IMG/VR virus record: IMGVR_UViG_3300029181_000008
Coordinates: 1 to 41,672 of that record
Length of the DNA stretch: 41,672 bases
Origin: a virus
Strand: one strand, 5' to 3'
This document shows positions 6,776-13,390 of the stretch, piece after piece. The notes beneath the pieces are model-generated. The model was given only the letters and a program-made list of their open reading frames with translations, made no database searches and was not told where the DNA came from. Position 1 is the first letter of the stretch. Every line of letters starts with the position of its first letter. A program made the translations under genes and the position numbers.

Positions 6776-6905
6776 AAGCCTTTAGCTCCTCACAGATTTC
6801 CTCAGCCTCCTCCTCAGTAAGTTCATACTCAGTCATAAGCTCTTCCTTGTCAGTGCTTCTCCAACCACCATCAAATAAAGCTGCTGCATCATACTGATTG
6901 TTCAT
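6765..6905 (-). CDS. Small acidic protein
   Basis: 46-aa ORF MNNQYDAAALFDGGWRSTDKEELMTEYELTEEEAEEICEELKAYEQ, below the track cutoff. Overlaps the downstream start by 11 nt. Confidence 0.5.
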   Translation of the reverse strand: MNNQYDAAALFDGGWRSTDKEELMTEYELTEEEAEEICEELKAYEQ

Positions 6906-7128
6906 TGTCTCGTTTCTCATTTCCTTTTACCTTAACCACTCTTTGTGGTTTCCTTTCTTTGTTATGTCTATATAATATCATACAATGTATGACTTGTATA
7001 GCGATAAATATATCATGTATTGTGTGATATATTGATATTATTTAATATTTTATTGCTATTATGTTACCATGACATCTGACAAGGTGACATAATAGCAAAA
7101 AGTAAGTACAAAAAAATTGCACAAAAAT
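6906..7128. other. AT-rich non-coding region downstream of the integrase; probable attP location
   Basis: 223 nt with no plausible ORF, containing several dyad symmetries and lying immediately 3' of the serine integrase gene. Confidence 0.45.
7053..7098. repeat. 46-bp imperfect inverted repeat (attP core candidate or integrase terminator)
   Basis: ttgctattatgttacc (7053-7068) pairs with ggtgacataatagcaa (7083-7098): 15 of 16 complementary, 14-nt spacer. Confidence 0.5.
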
Positions 7129-8463
7129 TTAAACAAAGTACACCTTGTCGACTGAGTGACGCTTGATCTCGATTCTCCTCACAACTCTGTGCCAGAAATC
7201 TCGCTTTCCCTGCCTTGATAGCTGCTCGTAAATTTCCTTCCAGTTATCTGGCATCTGGCTGACTGGTAGCGCAGGTGCTGCCAAACTCTCAAGCTCCGCA
7301 AGCTGTGCTTTCAGCTCTTTTGTCTTTTCAAGATACTCAGCACGGCTCATATCACCATCAAGGTATATATCTTTCAGCCGTTCCAATCTCCCCTTGATCT
7401 TCTCAATTTTTCCCTCGGTGCTTTTTGCTTTCGCTGCAAGCTTCTGAACGCTTGCGTTATAATCTACAATCAATTCTTCCAGATGATCTATCATGTAGCT
7501 TTCCAAATTGTGTTCCATGATGAATGCAGCGTTTTTGCATTCTCCTCTCCGCACGGTTCTCATACGGCATTGATAGTATAGCTTTTCCTTTGGTTTGCCG
7601 TAGCTTGTATAGCAAGTGCACTTTGATCCCATCCTTGCACCACAGCTAGCGCAGAAGATTAACCCTGTAAAAATATATACTCTGTCTGCTTTTGGCTGTC
7701 TGGGATAATGCTGCCTTGCTTGCTGTATAAGCTCATGTTGTGCAGGTGTGATATATCCTGGCACTGATACACCATAGTAAGTGCCGTAGTACGGCTCTTT
7801 ATCAAGCAAAAAATGAGCGGTTTTCCGAGACATTTTCAAGCCCTTTTCGGCAGCTGCATCCATGGCTTGCACTGGGCTGTATGTGTTAAGATAGGTATCA
7901 AAAAAAGCTTGCATAGCTTCTTTTGTCTGAGGATCGAAGTCAATCGTAGATGCTGATGTGCGGATATATCCGAGTGGCATCTTACCTACTATGATATATC
8001 CCTGCGATTTGCGATACTCGTTAACCGCTCTGATACGCTCTGAGGTGCGGTCTGACTCAGCTTGGGCGATACTCAACATAATGTTGACTTTAAACACACC
8101 TGCGGACGTTTCCGTCTCGTAGTCCTCCCAGATAGCTCTCCATGGTACTTTTGCGGCATCAAGCTGACTCTGTACCTCATAGTAGTCCGCAACGGAGCGA
8201 AACCATCTATCGAGCTTTGTAAAAAGGATGATATCAATTTTGTGATCTTTGCAATCCTGTATAAGTTGTAGCAGCGCAGGACGTGCTTTGTACTTCTTTC
8301 TCGCACTAATGCCTGCATCGTTGTAGATGCCTGCGACTTCCAGACCGTTCTCGCGGCAGTACTTTTGCAGCGCATCAATCTGGCTATCTACTGATAAGCC
8401 GTGATCTCTTTGTTCTGCGGTTGATACGCGGACATATATAGCCGCCCTTTTCTTTCCTTCCAT
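7129..8463 (-). CDS. int: Large serine recombinase (phage integrase)
   Basis: N-terminal resolvase motif AAIYVRVSTAEQ, recombinase domain, Cys-rich zinc-ribbon segment (CASCGARMG...YYQC) and C-terminal coiled coil. 444 aa. Confidence 0.95.
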   Translation of the reverse strand: MEGKKRAAIYVRVSTAEQRDHGLSVDSQIDALQKYCRENGLEVAGIYNDAGISARKKYKARPALLQLIQDCKDHKIDIILFTKLDRWFRSVADYYEVQSQLDAAKVPWRAIWEDYETETSAGVFKVNIMLSIAQAESDRTSERIRAVNEYRKSQGYIIVGKMPLGYIRTSASTIDFDPQTKEAMQAFFDTYLNTYSPVQAMDAAAEKGLKMSRKTAHFLLDKEPYYGTYYGVSVPGYITPAQHELIQQARQHYPRQPKADRVYIFTGLIFCASCGARMGSKCTCYTSYGKPKEKLYYQCRMRTVRRGECKNAAFIMEHNLESYMIDHLEELIVDYNASVQKLAAKAKSTEGKIEKIKGRLERLKDIYLDGDMSRAEYLEKTKELKAQLAELESLAAPALPVSQMPDNWKEIYEQLSRQGKRDFWHRVVRRIEIKRHSVDKVYFV

Positions 8464-8496
8464 TTCCTTTTCTGTATCCTTTCTTACTGTGTCACG

Positions 8497-8518
8497 TTTA
8501 CATGATTAGTCATGTAAA
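8497..8518. promoter_or_regulatory. Perfect 22-bp palindrome TTTACATGA-TTAG-TCATGTAAA in the int / small-peptide intergenic region
   Basis: 9-bp perfect inverted arms with a 4-bp spacer. Lies 34 nt upstream of the int start codon, on the int leader side. Confidence 0.6.
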
Positions 8519-8596
8519 AAGTGTTAAAAAAAGTATTATATCGCTTTCCTCTTTGTGTTAGCATGAAAACATCTTTTTTTTAAGGAGGTGCATCAT

Positions 8597-8728
8597 ATGG
8601 ATAGAAAGGAGCTTATAAAAAAGATATCTAACCTGCTGCAAACCTTTGATCTTGTCACACTGTTAGCCATTTACCGCACGCTTAAACGCGTACAGAAAGG
8701 AGCCGTAAATGAAAAAGATGCTGATTAA
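8597..8728 (+). CDS. Small helical peptide, paralog 1 (43 aa)
   Basis: AAGGAGG RBS 8 nt upstream. MDRKELIKKISNLLQTFDLVTLLAIYRTLKRVQKGAVNEKDAD. Confidence 0.55.
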   Translation: MDRKELIKKISNLLQTFDLVTLLAIYRTLKRVQKGAVNEKDAD

Positions 8729-8804
8729 AAAGATAACCGATATGCTACAAACGCAAAGCGAAGATGTGTTGCTGTTGATCTACGAAATCTTGCTTAAGAT
8801 GTAG
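8709..8804 (+). CDS. Small helical peptide, paralog 2 (31 aa)
   Basis: AAAGGAG RBS. MKKMLIKKITDMLQTQSEDVLLLIYEILLKM, similar to paralog 1. Its 3' end overlaps the convergent repressor gene's 3' end by 11 nt. Confidence 0.5.
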   Translation: MKKMLIKKITDMLQTQSEDVLLLIYEILLKM

Positions 8805-9183
8805 CGTGTTTGAGTGCTTTGAGGTTGCCCAGTATGTCCCCGAAGATTTCTGCTTGATCTTCCGAGAGCTGCAAAACATACTGTACAGCCTCAATTGCAA
8901 CTTGATAGCGGCTTGATGTAGGATCAAGTTGCCTCAGTTGGCTTGCGATGTTGGAGATTTCCGCGCATGATGCAGCCTGCATTTCGCCTTTTCCAGTCCG
9001 CAACCACTCCTCTCTAATGCTGAATCTCTCGCAGATCAGCGTGATACTCTGCGTGCTTGGCTTGCTTTTTCCACTGCACATGTTAGATACTGCTGACTCC
9101 GAAATTTGCAAAGTTCGTGCCAGTCCTGCCTGTTTCATTCCCTTCATCTTCAATATCTGTAAAATTCTATCGCCGATTTCCAT
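8794..9183 (-). CDS. XRE-family repressor-like protein 1
   Basis: MEIGDRILQILKMKGMKQAGLARTLQISESAVSNMCSGKSKPS is an HTH_XRE pattern. Paralogous to 9562..9957 (shared REEWLRTGKGEM / NEAWLRTGEGEM). Confidence 0.85.
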   Translation of the reverse strand: MEIGDRILQILKMKGMKQAGLARTLQISESAVSNMCSGKSKPSTQSITLICERFSIREEWLRTGKGEMQAASCAEISNIASQLRQLDPTSSRYQVAIEAVQYVLQLSEDQAEIFGDILGNLKALKHATS

Positions 9184-9206
9184 TTTTTCACATCCCTTCT
9201 CCTCTT

Positions 9207-9235
9207 ATTATATCACATTCCCTTTTGAAAGTAAA
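9207..9235 (-). promoter_or_regulatory. Promoter of repressor-like gene 1
   Basis: On the minus strand: TTTACT, 17 nt, TGaTATAAT. Confidence 0.55.
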
Positions 9236-9267
9236 TAGACAACTTATATAGATTAAGGAAAAGACTA

Positions 9268-9412
9268 ATAAAAAAAGGAAACCAGAACAATCTGGCTTCC
9301 TAAATGCGGGGAATTATTGAGTTCTTTTCACACAACGCCCCTCGTGCCGAAAGGAAGCACGAAGGGCAGACAGAAAGGATAAAGGTACTTGCCTTTTGTG
9401 GTTATCCCACAT
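9268..9412 (-). ncRNA. Candidate small RNA of about 145 nt with its own promoter and terminator
   Basis: Bounded by the promoter at 9420-9448 and the terminator at 9276-9301. Has a central 11-bp GC-rich hairpin (gcccttcgtgc/gcacgaggggc) with a CU-rich loop. No RBS-preceded ORF. Confidence 0.5.
9276..9301 (-). terminator. Rho-independent terminator of the sRNA candidate
   Basis: Minus-strand RNA forms aggaagccaga-uugu-ucugguuuccu followed by U7. Confidence 0.75.
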
Positions 9413-9419
9413 AGAGAAA

Positions 9420-9448
9420 AGTATAAAAGATGTATGAACCCTTTACAA
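9420..9448 (-). promoter_or_regulatory. Sigma-A-type promoter driving the sRNA candidate
   Basis: On the minus strand: TTGTAA (9443-9448), 17-nt spacer, TATACT (9420-9425). Confidence 0.55.
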
Positions 9449-9477
9449 CCCTAACTATAAGTGCGATGAAAAAAAAA

Positions 9478-9503
9478 AGCAAGGACTTTTTTGAGTCCCT
9501 GCT
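9478..9503 (-). terminator. Terminator of repressor gene 2
   Basis: Minus-strand RNA forms agcagggac / guccuugcu (one G-U pair) followed by U8. Lies 59 nt past the stop codon. Confidence 0.7.
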
Positions 9504-9561
9504 TTCTTTTTTTACCCTTTTTACTGGGTGCGGTAATATGCTGCGGAAATGCAGCGTTTTT

Positions 9562-9957
9562 TTACTTTTCCCCCTTACTGATCGCAGCATTAAGCTTGCG
9601 GATCATGTCCAATACAGCTTGCATTTGGGTTTCATCCAGCTGCAAAAGAGTTTTGTTTAATGCAACTAAAAAGTTGTATGTCTCTGGGTCAGTTTCTTCC
9701 TTGCGGAAAAGCTGTGCTGTGATAGCTGCTATTTCGGATTGCTTAGTCATCGGGGCTTTCATCTCCCCTTCGCCAGTGCGTAGCCAAGCCTCGTTGATTT
9801 GAAATTCTCGACATATAGCAGAAATGATAGCATTTGAAGGTTTCCGTGAATTAGATTCATAATTAGTGATCGTATTACCTCGTACACCCAATTTTTCTCC
9901 GAATTCATTTTGTGTAAGCCCCAGTGACTTTCTTACCTCTTTGATTCTTTCATTCAT
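9562..9957 (-). CDS. XRE-family CI-like repressor 2 (adjacent to the divergent early promoter)
   Basis: MNERIKEVRKSLGLTQNEFGEKLGVRGNTITNYESNSRKPS. There is no S24 peptidase domain. Confidence 0.88.
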   Translation of the reverse strand: MNERIKEVRKSLGLTQNEFGEKLGVRGNTITNYESNSRKPSNAIISAICREFQINEAWLRTGEGEMKAPMTKQSEIAAITAQLFRKEETDPETYNFLVALNKTLLQLDETQMQAVLDMIRKLNAAISKGEK

Positions 9958-9983
9958 TAGTATGATACCTCCTTTCCGATTTT

Positions 9984-10012
9984 AGAATATCACAAAAAAC
10001 TCACATAGTCAA
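9984..10012 (-). promoter_or_regulatory. Promoter of repressor 2 (PRM-like)
   Basis: On the minus strand: TTGACT (10007-10012), 17 nt, TGaTATTCT (-10 at 9984-9989). Confidence 0.6.
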
Positions 10013-10031
10013 TATTTTTTCTAAAAACCTG

Positions 10032-10060
10032 TTGACATTAAACTCACAATGTGATATATT
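10032..10060 (+). promoter_or_regulatory. Early lytic promoter
   Basis: TTGACA (10032-10037), 17-nt spacer, TGaTATATT (-10 at 10055-10060). Confidence 0.7.
10044..10054. promoter_or_regulatory. Operator candidate: 11-bp palindrome TCACAATGTGA within the early promoter spacer
   Basis: Perfect dyad. TCACA(T/A) half-sites recur at 9188, 9213, 9990 and 10001. The same 11-mer recurs at 20217-20227. Confidence 0.5.
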
Positions 10061-10105
10061 ATAGTCACAGAGCAAGGAAAGCTCAACAGAAAGGAAGGAA
10101 ACAAA

Positions 10106-11824
10106 ATGGCAATCGCAAATTACAAGAGCTTTATTACAAGATTAGGAAAAATGATCTGCAAGAACTTCACAGATAGTGAGTTCGTCAAAACAGAATTTGA
10201 TGATGAATTTAATTCTAACACAGCTTATTTTACTATCAACGGATATTCTGCATGGGCATGTATCTATGATGATGATGATGTCATTACCGTATATGTTGCT
10301 GGCACACACACAGTCGAAATCAAAATTGACGGTACGCAGAAAGATGCTATGGCAACAGCCGTTCGTAGAATCGAAAGCCTATTAGATGAAGCAGAAATTA
10401 AAAAAGCAGAGATAGATAAAAAGGCTGAGGAAGAAGTGAATGCAGATAAGCAGGACAAGCAGGAAGCAGCAGAGAAGGAAACAGCAAAGCAGTACTTTGT
10501 AGTAAATTACGAGAAAGACGGTATTTTTCATGCAAACATTGCAAGCGCAGAAAAGAAGTCTGACGTAGAAGCGAAGTATAGCGAATATGATGCATTTGCC
10601 GTAGTCGAAGCAAACGATTATATAGTGAAAGAAGCAAAGATTAAGCACATGCCGATTATCGAGGTTGAGCCAGTAAAGCAGGAAGGAAGAAATAAAATGG
10701 AAAGTGTTAAACCATTGTCCATAAAAGTAGAGAGAGCAATCAGCAAGATGGCATTAGGTGATTGCACATTAACAGGAGTAACAGAGTTAAGTGATTATTG
10801 CCATGATATCTATGTAACTATTGAAACTGGCAAAGACAGGTATGAACTCAAAGTTATTCTCAAGCGCAATATTGATGGAGTTACAACCATTGCTATTGTT
10901 GAGGATGGAGCCGATGAAGCAACACATGTTTTTACAGATAAGGGTTGCAAGAGCCTTGATGCTATCGCTTACCACACGAAGATGCTTGTTGACGGAATGT
11001 ATGCACAGAGAATGTTCGATATGTCATGTGAGATAACCGACCCAGAGTATTTTGAAGAACATAAGAATGATGTAGAGGAAGAGGAGCAAGTTGAAGAAAA
11101 GGAGCAGGAAATTATCGTAGAAGAGGAAGACGAGAACGAAGTTATGTTAAATGTTATTAGATTTCATCTTGAAAGCAGTATGAAGAGATGGTACGAGGAT
11201 GTAGAACTTTACTACGGTATCAGCGGAAGATTCCTTGATTGCAAGGCTGAGGGTGACAACCTCTTGATTTTCTATGAAGAGAAAGGAAAGAAGTACATTA
11301 CCAGAATCTGTTCCTACAAGGACTATACACCAGAACAGATTTACAACATCTGGATGGAAGCTGACGGATGTGAAATGAGATCGGAAGAGATCGAGAGATT
11401 TTTTCCGCAGGAAGTAGAAGAGCCGCAACCGACACCAGAGGAAGCCGACAGAGAAGTAACGTATATCGACTTCAAGCCAGAGCAGGACTACAGCGAAGAA
11501 GAACAGAAAGAGATTGCTGAGACGGTTACAGGTGTAGGGCTTGAGCTACTTGAAAAGGAGCTTACAGAGCTTGAGAAGTTGGAAGAGGAAAGCGACAAAG
11601 CGGATGACGCATGGGACAAAGATCCATTGAACGCAGAGCTTGAAGTGGCAAGTAGTAAGGCATACGAGAAAGAGTGGAAAAAGTACATGGACTCAGCCAA
11701 AACGCTTGCAAGGCTTATCAACATGGACACGAAAACAGCAAAACAGATGTTGCAGAGAGGTAGCAAGAACCGTGAGAAGGTATGGAACTACTTGAAGCGC
11801 ATGAAAGTGTATGAAAACAAATAA
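10106..11824 (+). CDS. Large, highly acidic early protein of unknown function
   Basis: 572 aa and the first gene after the early promoter. Long Glu/Asp tracts (EEEEQVEEKEQEIIVEEEDENE; EEPQPTPEEADRE). Confidence 0.8.
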   Translation: MAIANYKSFITRLGKMICKNFTDSEFVKTEFDDEFNSNTAYFTINGYSAWACIYDDDDVITVYVAGTHTVEIKIDGTQKDAMATAVRRIESLLDEAEIKKAEIDKKAEEEVNADKQDKQEAAEKETAKQYFVVNYEKDGIFHANIASAEKKSDVEAKYSEYDAFAVVEANDYIVKEAKIKHMPIIEVEPVKQEGRNKMESVKPLSIKVERAISKMALGDCTLTGVTELSDYCHDIYVTIETGKDRYELKVILKRNIDGVTTIAIVEDGADEATHVFTDKGCKSLDAIAYHTKMLVDGMYAQRMFDMSCEITDPEYFEEHKNDVEEEEQVEEKEQEIIVEEEDENEVMLNVIRFHLESSMKRWYEDVELYYGISGRFLDCKAEGDNLLIFYEEKGKKYITRICSYKDYTPEQIYNIWMEADGCEMRSEEIERFFPQEVEEPQPTPEEADREVTYIDFKPEQDYSEEEQKEIAETVTGVGLELLEKELTELEKLEEESDKADDAWDKDPLNAELEVASSKAYEKEWKKYMDSAKTLARLINMDTKTAKQMLQRGSKNREKVWNYLKRMKVYENK

Positions 11825-11864
11825 TCAGTGCTGCGCTAACGGCAAGACGGGCAGAGGGGGCAAT

Positions 11865-12041
11865 ATGGTTGTAGTTAACGGACATGAAGCAGAACACCTC
11901 AGAGAATTACCGCAAGCAGATCAGGACAGCATAGCGCATAACGTGCTGAGTGAGCTGTATAGAATCTGGTTGAGAGAGCATGGAATGCACCTTGAGAGTA
12001 TTGAGGTGAGCAGAAAGAAGAAGGAGGATGTGGGTGCATAA
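11865..12041 (+). CDS. Hypothetical small protein
   Basis: Internal ATG of ORF 11811..12041, preceded by a GAGGGGG RBS. Confidence 0.55.
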   Translation: MVVVNGHEAEHLRELPQADQDSIAHNVLSELYRIWLREHGMHLESIEVSRKKKEDVGA

Positions 12042-12243
12042 GTACGAGGTATGTTTTTATATAGATTGGCAATTGGTAGCAGGCTGCATCATTGAAACCT
12101 ATGACAAGGATAGTGCAGAAAAACTAGCAACTGCCAAATTGCAAGACGAAATCAAAGAAATAGAAAATGCACTGAATGCAAAGGTTAACCGAACTTTTGT
12201 ATCACAGTTGCCAGATAATCAACACAGAAAGGAAAGACAATGA
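12028..12243 (+). CDS. Hypothetical small protein
   Basis: 71-aa ORF with GGAGGA immediately before the ATG. Overlaps both neighbours. Confidence 0.55.
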   Translation: MWVHKYEVCFYIDWQLVAGCIIETYDKDSAEKLATAKLQDEIKEIENALNAKVNRTFVSQLPDNQHRKERQ

Positions 12244-12662
12244 CAGACAAAGAGTTAAGATCAAAATTCGAGTGGATAATCAGAAACGAAGTATATCCAA
12301 ACAGCGAGGATATGCAAGATTATGTTATTCGCCAAAATGAATGCCTTATTGAGCTTTCAGGCGAGAGAATTACAAGTATCAAAAAGCCTGAGAGCCTTGG
12401 CGATATATATTGCTTCGAGGAACGCGTAGGAATGCTGAGAAAGTGTCTCAAGGGGACTCACAAGTGTAGAGCGATTAGTTTGTTGAACGGATGCAAACTT
12501 GTACATACAGTTTGCTACAAGGCAGAAGATGAGCCTGATTGGATATCTGAGAATCCACAAAAGGTATCTAAGCTCTGGAAGAGAGACATAAAACGTATCA
12601 TCGCAGGATATCAGGCAATGATCAAGCAGTATAAGAGAGCTTTAGGAGGGGCAGAGGAATGA
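12240..12662 (+). CDS. Hypothetical protein, tandem paralog A
   Basis: MTDKELRSKFEWIIRNEVYPNSEDMQDY... resembles the next gene. ATGA overlaps at both ends. Confidence 0.7.
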   Translation: MTDKELRSKFEWIIRNEVYPNSEDMQDYVIRQNECLIELSGERITSIKKPESLGDIYCFEERVGMLRKCLKGTHKCRAISLLNGCKLVHTVCYKAEDEPDWISENPQKVSKLWKRDIKRIIAGYQAMIKQYKRALGGAEE

Positions 12663-13087
12663 CGCAGAAGGAGCTGAGAAAGAAGTACATGCAGATCATC
12701 AAGACCGAGGCATATCCTCACGATGCAAAAATGCAGAAGTATTGCAAAGAAAGATGTGGCTACATTGTAGAGCTTACAGACGGTAAGTTTATCAGACTGT
12801 ATAATCCAAGAAAGCATGTTCCGTATGATTTCGCTGAGATCATTGACAAAATTACCAGATTAACGTTGTGCCTTGAAGGTTTCTTCGGGTGCAAGACATT
12901 TGTGCAGTATTCCGCATCATCAGACGATTGCGATCTGGTGCAAGAAGTTACATATTCTGGTGTAGAGTCAAAGTGGATGAAAGAAGAGGCGGCTAGAGGG
13001 CAGGACAGAAATAGCGAAGATATCCAAAGAATGATTGATGGCTATAAGTATCTGCTGATGAAATACAAGGTTGGAGGTAAGAAATGA
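12659..13087 (+). CDS. Hypothetical protein, tandem paralog B
   Basis: MTQKELRKKYMQIIKTEAYPHDAKMQKY..., with a C-terminal IQRMIDGYKYLLMKYK matching IKRIIAGYQAMIKQYK in paralog A. Confidence 0.7.
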   Translation: MTQKELRKKYMQIIKTEAYPHDAKMQKYCKERCGYIVELTDGKFIRLYNPRKHVPYDFAEIIDKITRLTLCLEGFFGCKTFVQYSASSDDCDLVQEVTYSGVESKWMKEEAARGQDRNSEDIQRMIDGYKYLLMKYKVGGKK

Positions 13088-13380
13088 AAGTAACAGATAT
13101 TATCCATAAGATTTCCAATATAGTTTGTAGAATGCCTGACACTCTTTTCCCGACTAGTGTAGCTACAGCTTGGAATGTTGGCGAGATCAATGCATTATGT
13201 TCTTTGCTATCCGAATATGCAGGAGTTGGAACAGGAGCAAATTATACTATTGATGAATCCCTTCATGTCTGCATAATTCGCGAGATCACAATAGGAAGCC
13301 ACACAATCTATCATGATAAGGCACTTGATCAGGTGGAAATTGATGCAGCACTTGAAGAATATGAATACCTTGAAATTTAA
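13084..13380 (+). CDS. Hypothetical protein
   Basis: 98-aa ORF with an ATGA overlap to the upstream gene. Confidence 0.6.
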   Translation: MKVTDIIHKISNIVCRMPDTLFPTSVATAWNVGEINALCSLLSEYAGVGTGANYTIDESLHVCIIREITIGSHTIYHDKALDQVEIDAALEEYEYLEI

Positions 13381-13390
13381 TTAAATTGTA

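Noticed and set aside
9430-9802. Plus-strand ORFs 9430..9660 and 9491..9802 opposite repressor gene 2.
   Set aside because: They are antisense to a clear XRE HTH gene, have no RBS, translate to hydrophobic junk-like sequence, and run through a terminator hairpin.
9207-10060. Shared TGTGATAT motif in three promoters as a dedicated operator.
   Set aside because: In every case the motif coincides with an extended -10 element (TGnTAT...), so promoter architecture alone explains its recurrence. Only the full TCACAATGTGA dyad and the TCACA half-sites are kept as operator candidates.
10176-11428. Small ORFs on both strands inside the acidic early gene (for example 10176..10385, 10382..10648, 11147..11428).
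   Set aside because: They are embedded in a continuous 572-codon ORF with a proper RBS. Their translations are low-complexity artefacts of the GAA/GAT-rich sequence.
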